Below, in pieces: positions 1 to 10,919 of a DNA stretch of 64,000 nucleotides; the first letter of the stretch is position 1, and every line of letters starts with the position of its first letter. The notes under the pieces were generated by a model that was not told the origin of the DNA, ran no database searches, and worked only from the letters and a program-made list of their open reading frames with translations. The DNA comes from Octopus sinensis (lineage: Eukaryota): positions 88,226,001 to 88,290,000 of the forward strand of contig NC_043006.1 in the NCBI RefSeq assembly GCF_006345805.1, in the 5' to 3' direction. A program made the position numbers and the translations under genes.

Positions 1-1301
1 AAAAAAAAAAAAGTGGAGTAAGGCTTCTCAATTGTCAAGAAAGAAAAGGTGAAGTTTTCAAGTATCAATATTTATTTCTCCTTTTGGGTTCCAAAACAAA
101 TATCATGGACCTGAAGTCTAACAAATAGTCATGTAACATGGTGTATCTTGAATTAAGGATTTATACAAAAGCAGCAACATTACAAGTACAGTGCACATGT
201 ATACTGCATTTATTGATTTAGTGAATAGCTTTCAGTTATGTAATACACTAACGCAACTATCACTTCCACCACCACCATCATTATCATCATCATGTCTCTT
301 CCCATACCCATCTCATCACCAAAATATACGTTTCTTCATTATAATACAAAAATAGAGTATACACTATAGTTTCTGCTGAAGAATAAGATAATTCTCAGAG
401 GTGGGAAATGTATACTTTTATGGTATAGATATGTAGAGATTGGAAAGACAAAATATAAAGATACATGACCATAAACATGAGGCATCCTATGTAAGTTATT
501 GTCATCTAAAAATACTTATTGTACTATACACATGCAGATGTGTGTGTGTGAGTGAGTGTATGTGTGTGTGTTTGTGAACATGAGTAGATGTGGGCAGGAA
601 GAGAGAGAAGGGAGATGAAAAAGAATTTCTTGATTCTCAAACTGAATTTATGTAGGATGTACAGACACAGAGTAAACACAGGCACAGTGTAACAATGTAG
701 GATGTACAGACAATTGACTTTACATGTTCATGATACACACACACACACACACACATAAATACAAACTAAATATTTGCAATGATTCACATGCCCACCTACT
801 GTATATGTACATGCACACAAACAATAAATATGTATATATTTACAAACAGACACTCACACACACATGTGTATATAAATACCAACAAGTATAGATTAGATTA
901 AATTTCTGTGCACAACCATGAATAGGACTAATATCCACAAGTTTACATGTGATGTGAACAGGCATTAACTTATGCAAATACTTGTGTAACTAAAACCATG
1001 TATGTTATTTTATGTATGTATGAAGTATTGTATGTATGAAGTATTGTCACATGGAAACATTCATAGCAATAGTCATGTAGACAGACATGCATACAAACAT
1101 ATACAGACGTAAAAGCTAGAACTTGTTACTGTGAAGACAATCTGATTGGCTATAGTGATAGGTTGATATTCTTTGAGATATTATCCTAGATGTATGCATA
1201 TATGCAGAGCTACACACTCACACATGCATGCACAAACACAGGAACACACACACATAAATGTGCATATGTATGCATGTAATTCTGTATATAAATACATGTG
1301 T

Positions 1302-1363
<62 letters not shown>

Positions 1364-2078
1364 ATACACATGCATATAAATAGTGAAACATAGATCTATG
1401 TACTCATATAGATGTATGGACACATATACACTCAAACAGTAAAACAGAGTCATACACTCATATATGTATATCCACTGCACTCACATATACACACATGATA
1501 TGGATGTACCTATATAAATGTGTGTGTGTATATACATATAGGTATGTGTATATATACAAATGAATGCAGTAAAACAAAGTTATCACTCACATACACGTGC
1601 ATATATACACACAAATGTAGTAAAAATATCAATAGAAAAACGATTGAATATATTCACTCCCATATATCAAATGCAATGAAAGAGTGATATTCACTTTTGA
1701 CAAACACATACATACACACACAGATGCATACATACACATTCACAGAGTTATACATAAATGGCCAACTATACCAACAAGCTGATTGGCTAAAGTGATGGAG
1801 CAATAGTCACTTTGGACAAGCTTCAGGATATTAATGACAAGCATGCTGCAGACTACATGGTGACAATATCAGTAAAAATAGATGCAGAAACCTAAATTTA
1901 TTTTTCTAATCATGCTAAAATGAGAAGTTTTAAATCTATTTCATTCCACTGACACTTGCAGCAAACATACTTCTAGATAAACATGCATTTATACTCATAC
2001 ACACACATATATATATATATATACACATATACTTATATATGTACATACATACATATATATATATGTGCATATATATGC

Positions 2079-2112
<34 letters not shown>

Positions 2113-2173
2113 TTATATATGTACATACATACATATATATATATGTGCATATATATGCATATATATATATATA

Positions 2174-2213
<40 letters not shown>

Positions 2214-2272
2214 CACCTATATATATACATATACACATATATATATACATATACACATATATATATACATAT

Positions 2273-2317
<45 letters not shown>

Positions 2318-2320
<3 letters not shown>

Positions 2321-2942
2321 TTATTGGTGAATTGAAGAAATGGAGCTGAACGAAGATTGAACAGAAAACGTTTTATTTCATTCTACACGTGTTTCGAAAG
2401 GCACAATTTACCAAAATCCGATTGAATAATGAGACCATATTGTGTCTTTCTCTTCAGGAAGAAATAGGAAATCCGTTGGGAAAAACAAAAACAGAACAGA
2501 GGCGGAGCAAAACAAATCGAACTAGGCTCCTAAGAGCCCATGGGCTCTTAGGAGCCTAGTTCGATTTGTGGGCTCTTAGGAGCCTAGTTCGATTTGTTTT
2601 GCTCCGCCTCTGTTCTGTTTTTGTTTTTCCCAACGGATTTCCTATTTCTTCCTGAAGAGAAAGACACAATATGGTCTCATTATTCAATCGGATTTTGGTA
2701 AATTGTGCCTTTCGAAACACGTGTAGAATGAAATAAAACGTTTTCTGTTCAATCTTCGTTCAGTTCCATTTCTTCAATTCACCAATAATATTTTAATTTC
2801 AATTATCCGCACCAACGCACGGTTGCAACACCATATGGTTGTACCTCCAACCGTGCTGTCTTCTGCTGTGATTCTTGCTACCAAGGTATCGGTTAAACTT
2901 TTGATTAATCTGCTACAAGATTATTCATCTTTCTATTTCACA
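2318..2942 (+). mobile_element. Non-coding fold-back Penelope-like terminal-repeat (pLTR) element, family A, in (TA)n
   Basis: 223-bp inverted arms at 2318-2540 and 2569-2791 (one mismatch seen), a 28-bp tandem duplication at the axis and a ~150-bp unpaired tail. It contains an HHR, is flanked by (TA)n and has a homologue at 54211-54648. Confidence 0.85.
2643..2735 (+). ncRNA. Type I hammerhead ribozyme (mirror copy on the - strand at ~2374-2466)
   Basis: Stem I tatttcttc/gaa(t)gaaata; CTGAAGA at 2652-2658; stem II gaaagacacaat/attgtgcctttc; GAAAC-acgt-GTA at 2714-2725 with palindromic ACACGTGT stem III. Confidence 0.85.
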
Positions 2943-2943
2943 T

Positions 2944-3000
<57 letters not shown>

Positions 3001-3039
3001 TATATACATATATATATATGCATATATATATATATATAT

Positions 3040-3961
3040 TTTATATGTAGAAAAACACAAACTGAGACAAGAACGTAAAACATTTAGAAGATGATACAAA
3101 AAACACGGACGGGATATTCAAAGCCTTCAATCTTCAGTCAAGAACCGGATCATCCTAGCAATTTCGGCTGATTAATCTTGAGATCGCTCCGATCCGGCCA
3201 AGGAAAAACTAAGCTACGAGCATTAGATTTCTTGTATACGAAACAGGGACAGAAAAACGGACGATGCCACACGAATATAAAATACAAAAAACAATAATGG
3301 TAAACAATAATAAATCTCTAACAGGACAAAAACAGCAGGTGTCTTACGACTAATAACTTGAAGTTTAACTGGCGTATTTGGAGAAAATGCCTTTATCGGC
3401 AGACGAAGACAACAGATGTTCTCACAGCAGTGGTCGGAGGAAACGGCTGATTTTGACCAGCGGTCACGTGAGAGAAGTGAGAGAAAAGAAAGGGGGCAAA
3501 GGAAACAAAAGAGAGAGAAAGAAGGACGAAGGCAACAAAGGGGGGAGGAGAGAGAGAAAGAAGGAATTAAAGAAGGAGAAGAAAGAGTGCGTGCCAAGGA
3601 GGGTTAGTGAGTGCAAAGTGAGAAAGACAGAGAATTGTGAGAGAGTGGGGGGAAGAGTAGACCAAAGAATCAGAGGCAAGAAAAGAGAAAAGGAGAAGTA
3701 GAGAGAGAGAAGGGGACAGATCAAAGTAGAGAGCAAAGTGTGAAAGGCAGAGAAATGTAGGAGAGAGAGACAGGGTATAGAGTCATACCAAATTTACAGG
3801 AATATGTACTTACATAAGGCCAACGAGGGTACATATATATTTTATATGTAGAAAAATACAAACTGGGACAAGAACGTAAAACATTTAGAAGACAATACAA
3901 AAAACACGGACGAGACATTCGAAGCCTTCAATCTTCAGTCAAGAACCGGATCATCCTAGCA

Positions 3962-3963
<2 letters not shown>
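3040..3963 (-). mobile_element. Non-coding partial-tandem (about 1.15 x 801 bp) PLE/retrozyme-like element in (TA)n
   Basis: ~122-bp direct repeats at 3041-3162 and 3842-3963 (period 801). No credible ORF, (TA)n on both sides and an HHR-like motif overlapping the repeat. Confidence 0.7.
3122..3198 (-). ncRNA. Candidate rearranged (non-circularly permuted) hammerhead ribozyme
   Basis: Minus strand reads gccggatc gg agcgAT C tcaaga ttaatc agcc GAAA ttgct aggat gatccggt tcttga CTGAAGAttGAA ggct. Stems III, I and II all pair, but the strand order matches none of types I-III. Confidence 0.55.
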
Positions 3964-4002
<39 letters not shown>

Positions 4003-4005
<3 letters not shown>

Positions 4006-5008
4006 TCTCTTCGCTCTTATACGCCATTTGGTCTCAACTCTCCCCCCCTCCTCATCTAACCCCCCTCTCCCCCTCCTCACCTATCCTTTCTCCCCCCGAC
4101 CCCCACTTCTTCAGTCCTTCATCCTTTCACCCCTACTCCCCTTCCCTTCTTCCCTCTTTCTCCCTCCCTCTTCCTCTTCCCTCTGCTCCCTCACTCCCTC
4201 TCTCCCCTTCTCTCTCCCCCTCTCCCTCTTTCCTCCTTCATCCCTCTCCTCCCCTTCCTTCTCCCCATCCTCTCCTCTTCACCCTCCCCTCCCCCTCTTC
4301 TTCCCCTCCCCTTCTCCCCCCTCTTCTCCCCTCCCCCTCTTCTCCTCACTACACCACATGACTTTACACATCACATCACATATGATGTGCCATACTAATA
4401 CACACACCAACTAATACATACTAATACATACTAGTACATACTAATACTTACACCAACCCTATACATACACACGTCCAGACCCCGCATACGCACTTATACT
4501 CTCTCACACACACACACACACACCTATACATACCAATACGTACTAATACATACTAATACATACTAATACATACACCCACCCCATACATACGCACGTCCAG
4601 ACCAATCCCACGCACTGATACTCTCTCATACACACACACACACACACACACCCTTATACATACTAATACATACACCAACCCTATACATACACATCCAGAC
4701 CCCTCCCACGCACTTTTAGCTGGTCCCTCAACCCTATTATCTCCCCTTATTTCGCTCTCGCGTCTCATGTTTGATCTTTGACCTCTGGCCGAAATCAGAT
4801 CGCCATGTTGATTCGTTAGCTACTGCACGCATTTTTTTCTCTCCTTCTTTCTGTGTTTTTCTCTCTCTGTGTATCTTTCTGTTGAAGAGCGTAGGCTCGA
4901 AACGTTAAAGACTTGTTTTATTTATATTTCCTGAGCGCCATACTAATACAATTGTTCGTTTGTTTTCCACCTGCCTTCGTCTTTTGTTTATTTTCATAAA
5001 GCTTCCCG

Positions 5009-5010
<2 letters not shown>
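4003..5010 (+). mobile_element. PLE-type 3' end/pLTR with pyrimidine tract and minimal HHR variant
   Basis: Lies between (TA)n tracts. The terminal ~210 bp is homologous to 5068-5272 and to 17640-17830 (-). Motif tcttt CTGTTGAA gagc gtag gctc GAAAC GTTA aaga at 4874-4911. Confidence 0.6.
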
Positions 5011-5043
<33 letters not shown>

Positions 5044-5067
5044 CCTTCTAATATATATACATATGAG

Positions 5068-5272
5068 TCACCATGATAGATCGTTAGCCACTACACACAT
5101 TTTTTTTCTCTCCTTGTTTCTCTCTTTGTTTTTTTCTGTGTCCCTTTCTGTAGAAGAGCGTAGGCTCGAAACGTAAAAGACTTTTTCTATTCCTGAGCGT
5201 TATACTAATACATTTGCTTGTTTGGTACACCACCTGTCTTCGTCTTTTGTTTGTTTCGTAAATTTTCCCTAT
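5068..5272 (+). mobile_element. Second copy of the minimal-HHR pLTR family
   Basis: Aligns with 4800-5010; motif cttt CTGTAGAA gagc gtag gctc GAAAC GTA aaag at 5144-5180. Confidence 0.65.
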
Positions 5273-5296
5273 ATATTTATATATATATATATATTT

Positions 5297-5690
5297 GTTT
5301 TGCAAGATTTTTGGTGTGAAATTGTGTGTTGAAACAGATATTGTTGTATTTAAGAATGGTCATTTTGCCAGTTTAGCCAATAAAAACACACGCACTATAT
5401 ATTTGGTGTTACTTTGCTTCAGCGTTATTCATTTTTTACATTAATCTTATTTCGGCCAGAGTTCTTTTGTCACACTCCTGTGACCTCGTCAGTGGTCCTT
5501 TGCTTTCTTCTTTCTTATTTGTGTGTCTCTCCTTACTAACGGTCAGCCAATTTGTAAATGTTTATAACCCTCTCCGTTATATCTATGTTTTATTCACATT
5601 CATAAACTCTTCTTTTATGAAATAATTTTTTGATTGCATGTTCTGGCCCCTGATATCTTCGTAAATAATTCAAAATTGTTTATGATATAT
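5297..5690 (-). mobile_element. Probable pLTR fragment with an HHR-like core
   Basis: Minus strand has CTGACGA ggtca...tggcc GAAA (5492-5450) and abuts (TA)n. Stems I and III are not convincing. Confidence 0.4.
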
Positions 5691-5815
5691 CTATTTTTAC
5701 ATTCATTCCTTTACATCATCATCATCATCGTCGTCATTCAATGTCTGCTTTCCATGCCGGCATGGATTGGATGGTTTAACAGAGGGTTGGCAAGCCAGAA
5801 GGCTGCACCATATAT

Positions 5816-6366
5816 ATCATCATCATCATCACCGTTTAATGTCCGTTTTCCATGCTAGCATGGGTTGGTCGGTTCAACTGGAGTCTGGGAAGCCAGGAGG
5901 CTGCACCAGGCTCCAGTGTGATCTGGCAGTGTTTCTACAGCTGGATGTTCTTCCTAACACCAACCACTCCATGAGTATAGTGGGTGCTTTTTACGTGCCA
6001 CCAGCACAGGTGCCAGGAGAGGCAACAGCCATGATTGGTTGGTGCTTTTTATGTGCCATCAGCACAGAAGCCAGTCAAGGCGGCGCTGGCATCGACCACG
6101 TTCGGATGGTGCTTTTTATGTGCCACCGGCACAAGTATCACAACTACAATATCCATTTGATTTTTTAATGTTGATGTACTTGACTCAATAAGTCTCCTCA
6201 GGCACAGCAGGTCGCCCTACAATCCAAGGTAAGCACAGCAAGCTGTCCTGCGATCCAAGGCACTTTTGATGGGCTGGGGCTTCTATGTGAAGCTGGTGCA
6301 GGAAAGAGTCATGAACTCACGTTATTTGTTGGGTCTTCGCAGTCACAGCATATCTCCAGAGGTCTC
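5816..6366 (-). mobile_element. RTE-type LINE 3' end with (GAT)n tail
   Basis: Terminal peptide RDLWRYAVTAKT, then a 3' UTR with repeated ggcacgtaaaaagcac units shared with 46720-47105, 49068-49249 and 50448-50882. Confidence 0.75.
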
Positions 6367-6368
6367 GG

Positions 6369-6497
6369 ACAAACGAGACTGATAGAATAAGTACTAGGCT
6401 TACAAAGAATAAGTCCTGGGGGTTGATTTGCTCGACTAAAGGCAGTGCTCCAGTATGGGTGCAGTCAAATGACTGAAACAAGTAAAAGAGTAAAAAA
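6369..6497 (+). mobile_element. SINE family A 3' fragment
   Basis: Matches the 3' end of 31862-32305 (gataagtactaggcttacaaagaataagtcc...tgactgaaacaagtaaaagag). Confidence 0.8.
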
Positions 6498-6854
6498 TTA
6501 AACTGAAGAATTACCACTAAGCATTTTGTCTGACTCACTAATAACAATAACAACAATGAGGAGGAGGAGGAGATGCGGAAGAAGAAGAGGGAGTGGGGAA
6601 ATGGTAACGATAACGATGATGCTAATGAAGAGGAAGTTAGTATGACAATGATGATAATGATGATAAAGAGTAACACAGTTTAGAAAAAGTTTCCTAACAG
6701 CCCCCCTCCTTTCCCCCATACAACCCATCTTCCATTTTCCATCAATACTGATTGTTTCCATTTGACATCCATTGTTTGTCTAAAGGAATGCATTAGGAAC
6801 AATACATTTTCCTTGTTTGTATATTTTTGTCATGCTAACCTAGTTATGTAGTAA

Positions 6855-6890
<36 letters not shown>

Positions 6891-8032
6891 GGGGGTAGCA
6901 GCAGTAGTAGTACTAGTAGTAATGGTGTCGGTATCTTTTTTTATGTTTTTGTTATATTGTTATCCTTGTTTTCTTTGTTATAATTCTTATTATTGTAGAT
7001 TATGTGCACAGAGGTTCTTTATGTGTGGGTCTATGTTTATTTGTGTGTGTGTATGGTGTATTCACAGATGTATGTACAGCATGTGAATACGGTGTATGTG
7101 TTTATAGCTTGTGTGTGTGTGAGGTACATGTGCATGTATGGATGATGTGTATGATGTGTCAAAAGTGTGTGTGTGGGTGCATGCTTTTATTGTGTGTATA
7201 TTGTGTATGAATGTATGTGTAAGATATATGTATGTTTGTATGGAGTGTATGTGAATGTATGTGTAATGTACTTGCCCATGTGCAAATTGTGTATACATGT
7301 GCTTATTATGTATGTGTGTGAGTGTGTGTATTGTATATGAATGCATGCGTCAGGTGTGTGTCTGTGAAGGACATATGTGTATGACATGTTTGTGTATATG
7401 TGTGTAATTGTTTTTCTTATAATTTCTAGTTGTTATTCTTTAATCTTGTTATTTTAGTTTTTAATAGTTTCTTTCCTAAATTTCTTCTCTTTCTCTCCTT
7501 CTTTTCCTCCTCCTCCTCCTCCTCCTCATCATCATCATCATTACTTTCATTGCAAGCATCACCAACATCATCATCATCATCATCATCATCACCAACATCA
7601 TCATCATCACTACCATCACTGTCATCATTATTGTTCTTATTCAGTTTTGTTATTTTTATTATCATTGGTTCTATTGACCATATTCTGTTGGCATTTTGAA
7701 ATCCTTAATTTCCAAATTGGGTTTTGCTTCTAACGTTATTGTTGTTGTTGCTGATGAAGATGTTCTTGTTGTTATGGCAAGAACTTTGTTATTATGCTGC
7801 TCCATCTCCTCATCTTCTCACATTCTCCACATGACTAATTCATACTTTTCTCTTTTGTTTTTGTGACAATTTCTTGGATTTTAATCACTGGAATCAGCAA
7901 AATATGCAAGTTAAGGAATTATGTATTATCTATGCCTGAGTATATGTTTATACCACCACCACCACCACCACCACCACCATCGTCATCATCAATATCATAT
8001 TTTTATATTGGGCTTTGTGCTGCCTTCTAAAC

Positions 8033-8063
<31 letters not shown>

Positions 8064-8211
8064 GTACAAATATAAGAACATTTATAGATAGCTATACGTA
8101 TTTACATATTTATATATATGTATATATACATATGTGTGTGTGCGTGTATATATATATATACACAAATATATACATATTTACATATTTATACATATATATA
8201 TATATATATAC

Positions 8212-9253
8212 GCGAGAAAGAAGCAACAAGAATGGATAGGTTTTTAGTACGATCGTTTCATACAAGGACAGGTTTTATTAAAAGTTGCAAAGATTACAGC
8301 ATATAAACGAGTCCCGTACTCATCAGCTAAAATACATGTAAGTTCTCTAGACATCCTAGTGTTTGAGGCTATACTCATGAAGTAATGTAGATAATTAAAC
8401 AGATTTCTAAAGTTCATTAAAGTTCTTTAAAGATGATGTACAGTCTTATCACAGAATTTTAAAAAAGTTTTGATAGCATCACAGAGAAGGTGACCTAATC
8501 CATATGAATTTCCATAGATATGATGAGGGATTATATACTCACAGAAGACAAATTTATCCATTGTTAATTACAACGAGGTGGGTCTCAATTCCTGCTTATT
8601 AGCATTACAGAGAGGGTGAATTAATCCTTTGTATATATGCACAGATTCCAATGGTGTAGATGTAAATTTCCAGAGAAATGGAGATGAATTTCATATTTAC
8701 AGGCGATAAATTTTACAATGGTTGAACACAATGAGGTAGGTATCAATCCTTGTTATATGATTAGGTGTTTGCCACATTAGTCACATTACTGCTATTCACA
8801 AGAGGCTGTAGCTATTTATCCCTCATCATATCTATGGAAATTCATATGGATTAGGTCACCTTCTCTGTGATGCTATCAAAACTTTTTTAAAATTCTGTGA
8901 TAAGACTGTACATCATCTTTAAAGAACTTTAATGAACTTTAGAAATCTGTTTAATTATCTACATTACTTCATGAGTATAGCCTCAAACACTAGGATGTCT
9001 AGAGAACTTACATGTATTTTAGCTGATGAGTACGGGACTCGTTTATATGCTGTAATCTTTGCAACTTTTAATAAAACCTGTCCTTGTATGAAACGATCGT
9101 ACTAAAAACCTATCCATTCTTGTTGCTTCTTTCTCGCTTATAATCACCCCACATTACTGTATTGTTAAATCAGTATAGTTTTTTTTGGTGCATCTAAGTT
9201 AGGTACCATATTCAAGTAAATTTTTTAAATTAACTTGAATCTTTATTGCTCTT

Positions 9254-9256
<3 letters not shown>
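8212..9256 (+). mobile_element. Non-coding fold-back pLTR element, family B, in (TA)n
   Basis: 320-bp inverted arms at 8212-8531 and 8818-9137, a 286-bp spacer and a ~119-bp tail. HHR in the arms; (TA)n on both sides. Confidence 0.85.
9017..9107 (+). ncRNA. Type I hammerhead ribozyme (mirror copy on the - strand at ~8242-8332)
   Basis: ttttag CTGATGA gtacgggac...gtccttgtat GAAAC gatc GTA ctaaaa: 6-bp stem I, canonical core, palindromic ACGATCGT stem III. Confidence 0.9.
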
Positions 9257-9295
<39 letters not shown>

Positions 9296-10919
9296 AATAT
9301 ATACATATTTACATATTTATACATATATATATATATATATACATATACACAAATATATACATATATACATATTTATACATACATAAATCTATTTATATAT
9401 ATATACACACACAAACACACAAATATGCATACATACAAACATACATACAAACATATAAACATACACATACATATATGGTGTTCAAGTTTGATTTTTTATT
9501 AATAATTTTTCCTATTTTCTTAGTATTTTTTTATATTCAATTTTGTACTGTAGCATTCCTAACTCCATTGGTCTATTAATGTTTCATGGCATTCACATGA
9601 AAAATAAGAAAATGCGAAAAATCCATAATAAACTTAAGCAAACTTGATCATAGTAGTGTCTTTAATAAAACATACTTGTAAGAAAATCTGTTCCCTCTTT
9701 ATACATACATACACATGCATACACACATGTAGACATGTATATGTATCTCAGCATTCATGATACTAGCAACAATCTTACTGTGTCATCAGTGGAGATTACA
9801 CTGTTTTGGACCTTCTTTTAACTGGCTCCATTGTACATTTCTCTTTCCTGCTCATTGATATGAGACCTCACTTTCAACATCAACTTGCTGCTGCTCTTAA
9901 CTCGACTGTTTTTATCTAATTCCCTCATATATAAGCATGGCTCCACACTTAACAAGTTTGTTTTGCAACCAGGAAGTTCTGGGCTCAATCCCACTGTATG
10001 GTACCTTAGGTAAGTGCTTTAACTATAGCCAAGTGGGTCAAATTGGTGAGACAGAAATTGTTTAGACAGGTAGATAGATACACGTAGTGTTGCATAATGC
10101 TGCATACACAGAAAATGTGCTTGTTTAATTAATGATACATTACTCACCTGGCTTTTCAAATAATTTGATATATGATTTAATTTATTAATTTTCATTGTCA
10201 GGCCATGCACTGTTATCCAAATTAAATGAATCAATTCTAGTTTGTAAATACTATAGGTAACTATAAGCTACTTTCCTTTCTGTGAACAGATGGGTACTGT
10301 TTCTATGATGAAAGTGTGCAAAAACTCTAAATTAGACCAATCTCATAGAGATAGAAATCTGTTGTATAACACTTTTCTTTATATTTCATTGCAAAATGAA
10401 TATTGCATATTTAATAAAATTGATTTATCTTACACTGAGTGCCAGCATGCTTACATGGCTAAAAAAAAATTACTACACAATAATGAGAGCCAAGTTTAAA
10501 TACTATAGTATTGAATCTTAGTTTAAATACTACAATGTTGAATAAAGTATCTTCAACTACAGCATCAAGAAGATCTGAGATTTGTGAGTGCAATTCGGTA
10601 GAGAGACACAGTGGAGGCATATCAGATGGATTATGCAAGTAATTCAAAGGGCAAGCTTTGCCATGAACTGTGTCAAGTTCATTGGACATGAATATTGAAT
10701 TAAATGTGCATGTATCTGTGGAATATTCAGTCATGCATTAATATGATTACTAAATATGTCTGTTGATAGAACAATTAGAATACTCATCATCAAAACTGAT
10801 GAAGCATCCATTTATCTTTGTTTTCTACACTTTATTCCTTGTGTGTGTGTGTGTGTGTGTGTGTCATAATACACATTCATGTACATACACATGCGCATAC
10901 ATACACACAAATTTGACTA

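Noticed and set aside
1173-2349. YI/HT/CV-rich ORFs here and throughout the ORF track
   Set aside because: They are translations of (TA)n, (CA)n and (ATAC)n microsatellites with no protein signal.
3378-4414. K/E/R-rich and P/S/L-rich ORFs
   Set aside because: They come from purine or pyrimidine tracts inside non-coding repeats.
7426-7699. Acidic poly-D/E ORF
   Set aside because: It is a (CAT)n/(CCT)n microsatellite.
10141-10240. Strong minus-strand donor CAG|GTGAGT at ~10147
   Set aside because: There is no convincing acceptor or recognisable peptide, and isolated donors are expected by chance.
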